From Candidatus Moanibacter sp. (GTDB taxonomy: Bacteria; Verrucomicrobiota; Verrucomicrobiia; Opitutales; UBA2987), in contig CBDCEW010000003.1 in NCBI GenBank assembly GCA_965215885.1, forward strand, positions 1 to 20,231: a stretch of 20,231 nt of DNA, in the 5' to 3' direction. How positions within the stretch are numbered: position 1 is the stretch's first letter; each line of letters starts with the position of its first letter. Both the position numbers and the translations under genes were made by a program. The notes beneath the pieces were generated by a model. The model was not told the origin of the DNA, ran no database searches, and saw only the letters and a list, made by a program, of their open reading frames with translations. Positions 1 to 8,286 of the stretch are shown here, piece after piece.

Positions 1-2
1 TT

Positions 3-803
3 TTCAAGCTTAACTGTAAGCGCCTGATCGTTACTCTGCACGGATCGGAGATATTGAATCTAACCTCCCGGTGGCATCGACGTATTACGTTTGCCCGAAT
101 ACTTGACCGATGTGACCGGATCAGCACCGTCTCCCAGTTCAGCCTCGACCTTTTGACGGATCGCTTTCCTTCTCTCAGATCCAAAACCATCCTTACTCAA
201 GGCGCTTTGCGCGAGGACTTTCGGAATTTCGATCCCTCGAAGGTAGCTTCGGAAGGCATCAAGCTGATCGTTCTTACGGTCGCTCGCATCCATCCGCGGA
301 AGGGCCAGCATCTCCTGATTGAAGCCTTGGGAAGATTGGATTCGTCATTGCGGGAGAAGATCGAATACTGGATCGCGGGACCGGCAGTGCGTCCAGCCTA
401 TCGAAGATTCCTGAAACGCCGATCGGAAGCACTGCGCGTGTCCGCTCGTTTTCTCGGGGAAGTGGCCGACCAGGACCTACCGAAGATCTACAGCCAGTCG
501 GATATCTTCGCCATGACGAGTATCGACTACAAGAAAAGCGTGGAAGGCTATGGGCTCAGCTACCTCGAGGCATCGGCTATGGGGCTTCCCGTAATCGCCC
601 ATTCAGTCGGCGGCGTGCCCGAAGTCGTTAGGCACGGGGTAACGGGGCTTCTTATCGACCCCCAGGATGGCAAGAGCCTGACGGAAGCGCTCCGAACCCT
701 TTTAACCGATACTGAGCTCCGGCGGCAACTCGGCCAGGCCGGTCGATCCCGGGCTCTGACTGCCACCTGGGAAGATAACGCCAAGAGGCTGCTAGGTGAG
801 TAA
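3..803 (+). CDS. Glycosyltransferase family 4 (GT-B), 5'-truncated by the window edge
   Basis: The frame is open from position 3 (FKLNCKRLIVTLHGSEILNL...). GT4 motifs are VTLHGSE, TVARIHPRKG and EGYGLSYLEASAMGLPVI. Confidence 0.92.
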   Translation, partial: FKLNCKRLIVTLHGSEILNLTSRWHRRITFARILDRCDRISTVSQFSLDLLTDRFPSLRSKTILTQGALREDFRNFDPSKVASEGIKLIVLTVARIHPRKGQHLLIEALGRLDSSLREKIEYWIAGPAVRPAYRRFLKRRSEALRVSARFLGEVADQDLPKIYSQSDIFAMTSIDYKKSVEGYGLSYLEASAMGLPVIAHSVGGVPEVVRHGVTGLLIDPQDGKSLTEALRTLLTDTELRRQLGQAGRSRALTATWEDNAKRLLGE

Positions 804-2013
804 GATGGCACCCGATGAAACTACCTTTGTTGACGTAAGTCATACATCGCATTCGCAGGCGAACACAGGAATTCAACGAGTTTGCCGAAGTCTTATCGGC
901 GCGGGGGGGTCAGACCATCGCTTGATCCCGATATGCTTCGATCCCTACTATCGGGCCTGGCGCCGCCTCACCATTGCAGAAACCCGAAATATTCGCTGGA
1001 ATCCATCCGACCGACCGAGCGACCGCCGGCGCACTCACTGGGGCACCTGCCAGAAGGGATATAGTAGCCTGCGCCGTTGCTTCCCGTTCCGCCCTTACCA
1101 CCCGCTCGGCGAAGACCCACGCCGATCGAGATTCGTCTTTCCCGAGATTTTCAGCGCCACCTGCTTGGCATCCTCTAGAACCCTCAGGATGGACTCGAGC
1201 AGGCCGCGCATCGCCCTGTTTTATGACGCAGTCGCGCTCAGATTTCCCCACCTGGCCGCACCCGAAGCGCTTTCCCGGTTCCCCGATTACCTGACCGAGC
1301 TGGCCTCCTTTGACGGCATCGCAGCCATATCCGCAGCTTCCAGAGACGAACTCAGCGCCTGGTGGCAGAAAAACGAAATCCGCGATGCTCCGCCCATCGA
1401 AGTGATCCCGCTGGCGACGATAGCGCTGGAATCCGGTTCGGATTCATTGGAAGAGGAGCCGCCCGAGTCCGATCCCCCTATTATTCTGATGGTGGCCACC
1501 CTGGAAGGACGCAAAAACCATCTCGCTCTACTCGAGGCTGCTCAGGGCCTCTGGGACAAAAACTTGAGCTTTGTCTTGCAGTTTATCGGAAGCGGAAAAC
1601 CGGATTCTGGAAAGCCCGCTCAAATCGAGATCAGGAGGTTACAACAGGCAGGATATCCAATCAAGTGGGAGGGTACCCTCACTGATCACGATCTCACTCG
1701 CGCCTACCGCCGCTCCTACTGCACGATTTATCCGTCACTCTACGAAGGTTTCGGAATGCCAGTGGAAGAGAGCCTTCGCTTCTCTCGGCCATGCATCTGC
1801 ACGCCCTACGGAGCTCTCGAAGAACGGGCGCAAGGTGGAGGCTGTCTACTCCTGAAATCGGGAGAGTCCTCGGATATAGCAGCGGGCATCGAACGTCTTC
1901 TGACTGACTGCTCACTCTACGGAAGGCTCTGCCAAGAAGCTCGGAATCGAGACTTCACGAGCTGGAGCCAATACCTTGACCACCTGCTGGGCTGGATGAA
2001 ATCCCTGAAGTAG
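796..2013 (+). CDS. Glycosyltransferase family 4 (MtfA/WbpX-like)
   Basis: 405 aa. Motifs: N-terminal DVS...TGIQRV, VATLEGRKNH and YPSLYEGFGMPVEES. Its GTG start overlaps the upstream stop; an alternative ATG lies at 805. Confidence 0.9.
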   Translation: MSKMAPDETTFVDVSHTSHSQANTGIQRVCRSLIGAGGSDHRLIPICFDPYYRAWRRLTIAETRNIRWNPSDRPSDRRRTHWGTCQKGYSSLRRCFPFRPYHPLGEDPRRSRFVFPEIFSATCLASSRTLRMDSSRPRIALFYDAVALRFPHLAAPEALSRFPDYLTELASFDGIAAISAASRDELSAWWQKNEIRDAPPIEVIPLATIALESGSDSLEEEPPESDPPIILMVATLEGRKNHLALLEAAQGLWDKNLSFVLQFIGSGKPDSGKPAQIEIRRLQQAGYPIKWEGTLTDHDLTRAYRRSYCTIYPSLYEGFGMPVEESLRFSRPCICTPYGALEERAQGGGCLLLKSGESSDIAAGIERLLTDCSLYGRLCQEARNRDFTSWSQYLDHLLGWMKSLK

Positions 2014-2085
2014 AATAAACCGTTGCGTTCACGAAACCGGATTGAATAATCGCTCCTCACTGATTTCTGGGCAATCCACAGTCGG

Positions 2086-3282
2086 ATGATCTCATTTACA
2101 TCAAACAGGCCGCTCAATGATATCGCGCGACGCTGCGTGCGTGACGATCTCACTCAACTTCGTCTGAAATATAATCCGTTCTACCGAAATATCGAAAATC
2201 AGAAGGCCTCGCATATCTGGGTAGACGGTCGCGAAATGATCATGCTCAGTAATAACGACTACCTTGGTCTCTCCGAGCACCCAAAAGTCGTGCAGGCTGG
2301 ACGGGATGCATTGCGAACCTGGGGAAGTAGCTCTACTGGATCCCGTTTTGCTAACGGCAGTCGTTCCTATCACTTCGAACTCGAGGAAAAGCTGGCCGAT
2401 TTTCTGGGCGTGGAAGCCTGTCTGGTAAGCATCGCCGGGTACATTTCCTGCATGGCTGCAGTCGCTTCATTCGCGGAGCGAGGCGACCTTATTCTGGTTG
2501 ATCGCAACGTGCACTCTTCTCTATGGAGTGGGATCACCCTCTCCGGTGCCCGCGTAGAACGTTTCGGGCACAACAATCCCGCTGATCTACAGGATATTCT
2601 GACCTCGGAATCCCACAAGACTCCAAAAATGTTGGTAATTGAGGGAATCTACTCGATGGAAGGCCACCTCGCCAAACTGCCCGAGCTGTTAGCCGTCACC
2701 TCTGACCACAACTGTTTTATCGTAATTGATGACGCCCATGGGTTTGGTGTCCTCGGTCCGGAGGGCCGTGGCAGCGTAGCGCACTTCGGAGCGACCGACC
2801 AAGTGGACATTATTGCCGGCAGCATGTCGAAGTCACTCTCCAGCACTGGTGGTTACATCTGCGGCTCACGTTCCCTCATAGAATATCTGAAAAGCCACTC
2901 CAAGCAGACCATCTTCAGCGCGGCACTGAGCCCATGTCAGGCCGCCTGTGCGCAAGCTGCATTGGAGGTCATGCAGGACGAACCGGAACATCGCGAGCGC
3001 CTGTGGATGAATACGAAACGCTATCACGGGCTCATGAAAGAGCTTGGACTCGATACCTGGGGAAGTGAGTCACCCGCTGTGCCCATCGTACTCGGAAGTA
3101 TGGAACGCGTATACCGCTTTTGGAAATATCTTTACGAGAAAGGCATCTTCACGGTGATTTCAATTCCACCCGCGGTACCTCCGTCCAAGGAGCTTGTGCG
3201 GACGGCAATCTCCGCCTCCCATACGGGTGAAGATCTCGATAGAATTGCGGACGCCATGGCCCAGGCGGTCAAAAGAGTTTGA
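2086..3282 (+). CDS. PLP-dependent alpha-oxoamine synthase (BioF/Kbl/serine palmitoyltransferase family), most like bacterial Spt
   Basis: 398 aa. Motifs: NDYLGL, GSRFANG, HSSL, EGIYSMEG, DDAHG, GSMSKS (PLP lysine), IFSAA, EPEHRERLW and PPAVP. The N-terminal YNPFYRNIE resembles Bacteroidetes Spt (YPYFR.IE). Confidence 0.88.
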   Translation: MISFTSNRPLNDIARRCVRDDLTQLRLKYNPFYRNIENQKASHIWVDGREMIMLSNNDYLGLSEHPKVVQAGRDALRTWGSSSTGSRFANGSRSYHFELEEKLADFLGVEACLVSIAGYISCMAAVASFAERGDLILVDRNVHSSLWSGITLSGARVERFGHNNPADLQDILTSESHKTPKMLVIEGIYSMEGHLAKLPELLAVTSDHNCFIVIDDAHGFGVLGPEGRGSVAHFGATDQVDIIAGSMSKSLSSTGGYICGSRSLIEYLKSHSKQTIFSAALSPCQAACAQAALEVMQDEPEHRERLWMNTKRYHGLMKELGLDTWGSESPAVPIVLGSMERVYRFWKYLYEKGIFTVISIPPAVPPSKELVRTAISASHTGEDLDRIADAMAQAVKRV

Positions 3283-4346
3283 GCACCACCCGTCCCGGAT
3301 CCGAGTTTCCCCTACCACCGAATAAGCTGGTTCTTTCACGCCCTGATAGAATCGGCGACCTAGTCATATCTACCTCCTGCCTTCGCCCCATCCGCGAAGC
3401 GTTCCCCAAGACAAGGATTTATTTCATCGTAGAGAAGAAACTTGCGCCTCTGCTTAGTGAACATCCCCTCATCGAGCGGGCAATTCTGCTGGATTCGGAA
3501 GAAAATGCAGAGGTGGCCGGGCTCCAAATAAGCTCCGAGCTTGGCCGGCTGGCCGCCGAATGTATCGTTCACCTTCACCAACATCCAGTCGTATCTGAGG
3601 CCGCGGCGAACGCTGGAATTCCCGTTCGCATCGGCTTCTCCAGCCACAACAGGCGATCGCTTCTGACGCACTCGGTCCGCATCGATAAAAAGGAATGCGA
3701 CCGCCATGAAGCCGCCTACAACTTTGTACTCTTGCATGAGCTCGGTCTGGAGCCGCCACCCCTACTGGCGCCATGGATCAAACTGCCCGAAATTAATGAA
3801 GACCAGTTCTTTGAGAAGGTTCCTTTTCCGGATCGCGGCCGCGAGTACTTTGCCTTCCATCTTTCCGCGCATTCTCGCAAACCACGGCTGCCCATGAGCT
3901 GTTTTGCCGCCGCCGGTGCCTGGTTGCTGCGCCACTACCCGGGAGATCTGCTCATCGTGGGAGCGGAAGGCGATGATGCCTCGACCCGAGAATTTATCGG
4001 CCACCTGCGAGATCATGCCGACCGCATATTTGACCTAACCGGCAAAACGAACCTAGCTGAACTGGGGTTTATCCTGAAACGCGCGCGCCTCATGCTCTCG
4101 CGAGATAGTGGTCCCGCACACCTCGCCGCCGCTCTGGGTTGCCCTACTGTCTGCGTCGTCGGACCTGTAGCCAGGAAACGGGCTGCGACCAGATGGCAAC
4201 CGCTGGGACCTCGCGTTACAGTCGTTGAGCCCCCGGTTTCGCCCCGGTTTCTCGAACCCATCGGCCGTTTCCAAAGGCGCTTTTTTGACAGTGTTAGCGA
4301 GGAAATGTTGACAGAGGCCATGAAGCAACAGTTGTGCTCGTCATGA
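3279..4346 (+). CDS. Glycosyltransferase family 9 (ADP-heptose:LPS heptosyltransferase-like)
   Basis: 355 aa. Motifs: RPDRIGDLV, DLTGKTNLAEL and DSGPAHLAAALG. The TTG start overlaps the upstream TGA (TTGA coupling). Confidence 0.9.
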   Translation: MSTTRPGSEFPLPPNKLVLSRPDRIGDLVISTSCLRPIREAFPKTRIYFIVEKKLAPLLSEHPLIERAILLDSEENAEVAGLQISSELGRLAAECIVHLHQHPVVSEAAANAGIPVRIGFSSHNRRSLLTHSVRIDKKECDRHEAAYNFVLLHELGLEPPPLLAPWIKLPEINEDQFFEKVPFPDRGREYFAFHLSAHSRKPRLPMSCFAAAGAWLLRHYPGDLLIVGAEGDDASTREFIGHLRDHADRIFDLTGKTNLAELGFILKRARLMLSRDSGPAHLAAALGCPTVCVVGPVARKRAATRWQPLGPRVTVVEPPVSPRFLEPIGRFQRRFFDSVSEEMLTEAMKQQLCSS

Positions 4347-4354
4347 CGCAACCA

Positions 4355-5587
4355 TCAGGGGACCTCATCGTTGTCGGACACGACACTAGCCCGCAGGGCA
4401 GCTCTCCGTAATCTCTCTACCAAATGCCCAATGTGTTTACCAAGGTTCCAATTCTCCTCCACCCAACTCCTTCCGTTACTGCGTAGCTCGGCGTAGGCAT
4501 GCCGATCATCGGCCAGTTCCTTCACTGCTCTCACCCACCCCGCGGGCTCACCCAGGCTGAGAAGACGACCATTCTCATGGTCACGAATCACTTCCGAGAT
4601 ACCGCCAACCGTGGTGGTCAACACCGGGATGCCGAACGCCATGGCTTCCGGAACGACGTTAGGAATTCCGTCTCGGTCGCCATCGGGCGCGACTTTACCC
4701 GTGAACATGAAGAAATCAGACCATTGATAGAACCTTACGATGTCGCGACCCACGGGAGAAAACACTTCAATCTGCTCTGACAAACCAGACCGTCGAATCA
4801 GCCGTTCCACGGATCTTCTAAGGGGACCATTTCCCACTAAGCGCGCCCGAAAATCGACGCCGGCTGCAAAGAGCTGTCGCAGGATTTCGATGAGCTCCAG
4901 GTATCCCTTCTTGGGCACCATGCGTGCTACCGTAAGTATCCTCAAAGGCGAATGAACGCCGGACGCATCATTCCATTCCGGTAAAGCAGGCAAACCACGG
5001 TAGACCACGGAAATCTTTTCTCGGGCTGCACCCTTCTCCACAAGATCCTCGGCAGCGTGCCTGGTTGAGGTATGGATGAATTGTGCCCGCTCCAGTTTGG
5101 CCGAGAGAAGCCAGTCGCCCCCGTTCTGGTAGATATCGTAGGCGTGGGCACCCATCGAGAACGGTATCCCGGTGAGACGGCTCACGGTGAGGGCGGCGGT
5201 AGCGGGCATCGTCGCCCAAGCGGCATGTATCAATTGAGGATTCAGCCGCTGAATAAGCCGGGCCCGAGACAATGCAAAGGCCAGTCCTACCATGTTCTCG
5301 CCAAAGTTCTTTAACGAGGGCGGCGAATGAGCTAAATAAGCGCGGACGACGCCCAACAGAGGACGGGGTCGGCCTAGCAGCCAGAAAGGTATCCAGCCGG
5401 CCAGACTGAGATAATTCCACAGCCGAAAACGAACGACCGGAATGCCTTCGAAGCTATCCCCCCCTCCCCAAAGGGAAAAGATCTCAAGGCCGAAACCATG
5501 ATCGCGAAGCGCTTTGATTTCCTGCTGATGGAAGCTCGTTTCGGGAAAAGTTGCGAATATATAAGCAATTCTGACCGTCTGTTCCAC
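4355..5587 (-). CDS. Glycosyltransferase family 4 (WcaL-like)
   Basis: 410 aa. Motifs: FPETSF..EI, AHAYDIY, TVARMVPKKG and DGDRDGIPNVVPEAMAFGIPV. Confidence 0.9.
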   Translation of the reverse strand: MEQTVRIAYIFATFPETSFHQQEIKALRDHGFGLEIFSLWGGGDSFEGIPVVRFRLWNYLSLAGWIPFWLLGRPRPLLGVVRAYLAHSPPSLKNFGENMVGLAFALSRARLIQRLNPQLIHAAWATMPATAALTVSRLTGIPFSMGAHAYDIYQNGGDWLLSAKLERAQFIHTSTRHAAEDLVEKGAAREKISVVYRGLPALPEWNDASGVHSPLRILTVARMVPKKGYLELIEILRQLFAAGVDFRARLVGNGPLRRSVERLIRRSGLSEQIEVFSPVGRDIVRFYQWSDFFMFTGKVAPDGDRDGIPNVVPEAMAFGIPVLTTTVGGISEVIRDHENGRLLSLGEPAGWVRAVKELADDRHAYAELRSNGRSWVEENWNLGKHIGHLVERLRRAALRASVVSDNDEVP

Positions 5588-5747
5588 GCTAGTTAGAGCC
5601 TATACGAAAAGGGAAATGGCCCTCTGTTACGGCGCTTCGGGGGCATATGCAAGGCAGATCGGCTAATAGAGCGCCCGAACGGGAAACGGCCATGCCCGTC
5701 TGCCATGGCCGTAGTCCACTGGCACCTGTTGAACAGGAACCGGCGCC

Positions 5748-7009
5748 TCAGATTTTTTCGAAAATCAGGGACACGTTCGACCCTCCGAAGCCGCTACTGT
5801 TACTCATTACGGTCTTCGCTACGCGCTCCTGCGTCTCGCGTATAATGTTAAGCCCGTCTGCCTCCGGTTCCAATATTTCAATTCCCGCTGAACCGGGCAT
5901 GAATTCACGCTTGATCGTCAGCACCGAAAATCCTGCTTCCATAATGCTGGCCAGCGAAATTCCGTGCCCCGTGAGCGCTTTCGTACTACTTATGGCAGGG
6001 CGATACCGACCGTTGTGGAAAACCTCCTTGAGCGCTAAAATCTCCGATAGGTCACCAGTCAAGGTGGAAGTGGCGTGCGCATTCACGTAGTCGATATCGG
6101 CGCGTGATACTTCGCTGAATTTCAGTGCCTGTTCCATGGCGACGCGCAGCCCCCTCTCCCTCCGGATGTGAAATGGCCACGTGGTATCCATCCGAAGCCT
6201 GTCCCCACCCTTTGAACCGAGCATAGGGGTCGACGCCACGCAGTAACGCACATTCTTCGTCTTCCAGGATCATCGCTGCTGCGCCGCCGGTTCCCACAAA
6301 ACCATTTCGGTTCTTGTCGAAGGGTATGGAGGCTCGGTCAGGATCCCTGGAAAGGGAGAGCAATCGCATTCCAGCAAAGGGAAGGATGCTCTCTACGTTG
6401 CAGTCTTCGGCGCCTACCACCAGCACTCGCTGCTGCCGTCCCGTGGCAATCTCATTGAAGGCAAATCCCAGCGCATGCCCGGACGACGAACAGGCGGATA
6501 CAAAGCCGGATGATGATCCGCGAATCTTGAAATGCGCCACCAGATTAAAGTTCAGGGTTCCGGCCACCGAAGCGATAATCCCTTTGGGAGGGCACCTGAG
6601 CACACCTTTGCGGTTCATGAGATCGAGATGATGATAAATCATTGACATGGAACCCCCGGATGCCGTGTAAAGACCCGTAGAAACGTCGGATATCTCGTCT
6701 TCCGTCAGCGCTGCATCCTCAATGGCCTGCATCAACGCACAGTAGGCATACAGTCCATGAGGCGACAGGCTGCGAAGAAGTTCCTGTTTTAAACCGGTAT
6801 TCCGACGGATACGACCAATCCTCCGCATCATAGGAAGAAGTGTCGAAATCCTTGATAGTACCGACAACCTTTACCGGTATCTTCTCGCTGGCGAAATCGA
6901 GAAAGAGCTCAATCCCATGTCGCAAGTTACGTAGGTTGGCAAGGACAGTCGGCTGGTCGTTACCGATGCTTGTAACAAACCCGATCCCCGATACGACTAC
7001 CCTGCGCAT
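5748..7009 (-). CDS. fabB: Beta-ketoacyl-ACP synthase (FabB/FabF family), split by two +1 frameshifts, ~419 aa when repaired
   Basis: Three ORF pieces join into one ketosynthase: MRRVVVSGIG..., SACSSS (Cys), NAHATST and KALTGHG (two His), and SNSSGFGGSN. The extra bases lie in T4 at 6787-6790 and C5 at 6150-6154. GGAGAG precedes the ATG. Confidence 0.88.
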
Positions 7010-7066
7010 ACTCTCCGCGGCCCTCAGTCAAAAGGCCTTACCTTGACGATTGGGGCAACCGCATGC

Positions 7067-7906
7067 CTATTCTTCGAAGGCAAAGGCCAACGTGATCTCC
7101 TCGGCAATTGCCACTCTCTCGCCATTACAGGATATGGAACCTTCGAAGGTAGCCAGCGGCGCCCTGATCCGCTTGACTTTGATTTTCATATCGAGCGTAT
7201 CGTCGGGTCGGCAAATGCGATGAAATCGGATTCCATCGCACGAGTTTGCCAGGACTTTCTTGTGGTCTACATTACCCTCCAGGCCGGCATGGTCACTCTT
7301 CACCAGGTAAAAGACGGCCAGCTGTCCTAAAGCTTCCAGCATTAATGAACCCGGAAATACGGGATCATCCTTAAAATGCCCCTCCAGAAAAAACTCACTT
7401 CCTGAAATGCGATAGCTGGCCTCGGCTTCATTCTCGGACAGAGTGACCTCCCGCAGAAAAAGAAACGGATCCTGGTGCGGCATGGCCGCCGCGACTTCCT
7501 CTACCGGTATGCGTCGTGGTTTCCGAGGAACCGGAATTCCCCGTATTTTGCAGTCGATGAACGTCTTCACATCCCCCACTGTTCTGAGTTCTCGCAAATC
7601 CTCATTGGGTATCGAGATATTCAGTGTCTCCTCGACCAACATGACGGTTTCCACCATTGCTAGGGAGTCGATCCCAAAATCCTCGTAGAGCCGTGTCTCC
7701 TCGGTGCAGTCCTTAATCTTATCCCGTACTTCAGGCTCCAAATACCGCTCGATAATTCCCACCACGATGGTGGGAACAGGCTCGTACTCCCCATACTTAC
7801 GATAAGCTATAGCGGCATCAACGGTTTCCTGCGAACAACGCTTTAAGGATTCCCTGAGGTCTTTCTCCTCATTGAGAGTCAGGGACGAGCTTGTTTTAGT
7901 CTCCAT
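7067..7906 (-). CDS. Fusion of an N-terminally extended acyl carrier protein and a FabA/FabZ-type 3-hydroxyacyl-ACP dehydratase
   Basis: 279 aa. The ACP motif is EDFGIDSLAMVE...LRTVGDV. The hotdog dehydratase motifs are PHQDPFLFL and GHFKDDPVFPGSLMLEALGQ. Confidence 0.88.
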   Translation of the reverse strand: METKTSSSLTLNEEKDLRESLKRCSQETVDAAIAYRKYGEYEPVPTIVVGIIERYLEPEVRDKIKDCTEETRLYEDFGIDSLAMVETVMLVEETLNISIPNEDLRELRTVGDVKTFIDCKIRGIPVPRKPRRIPVEEVAAAMPHQDPFLFLREVTLSENEAEASYRISGSEFFLEGHFKDDPVFPGSLMLEALGQLAVFYLVKSDHAGLEGNVDHKKVLANSCDGIRFHRICRPDDTLDMKIKVKRIRAPLATFEGSISCNGERVAIAEEITLAFAFEE

Positions 7907-8286
7907 ATTTTCCGTTCCAGACTATTGGGCGCGATTCCTTTGTAAATTTCTTTTTTGTGCCTTTTGGGACAGCCCCTCAGCACCCCGGAGATCGCTCCAA
8001 GGTCGATCGTGGGGAATACCTTGGCAGAGTGCCTGCAATGAAGATGATCAATTATTAATCAAAACGTTATGGGTTCGAAAAGACCTTACCCAGGACCTCC
8101 CGGAACAAAACGCATCCTACTCTCCGATCGTTTTTCAAAGCAAAGGCGAAACCCGGCATTCTCCTTCTTGAATCATAAAAAGCAACATCAATGCCGGAAT
8201 CTACAATTGCATGGTTTTGGTTCACCCCGCAGACCGGAGATACCTGCTCGCGGCTTCTCCGAAGCGTCTGCCTGCTTCGCTTTCCA

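Noticed and set aside
5686..5712. 9-bp hairpin ACGGCCATG/CATGGCCGT after fabB as an intrinsic terminator
   Set aside because: It has a 9-nt loop and only a TTT tail on the - strand, so support is weak.
7907..8286. Short ORFs or an RNA element in the gap between smc and the ACP fusion
   Set aside because: No motif, good start or recognisable RNA structure was found; it is probably a promoter region.
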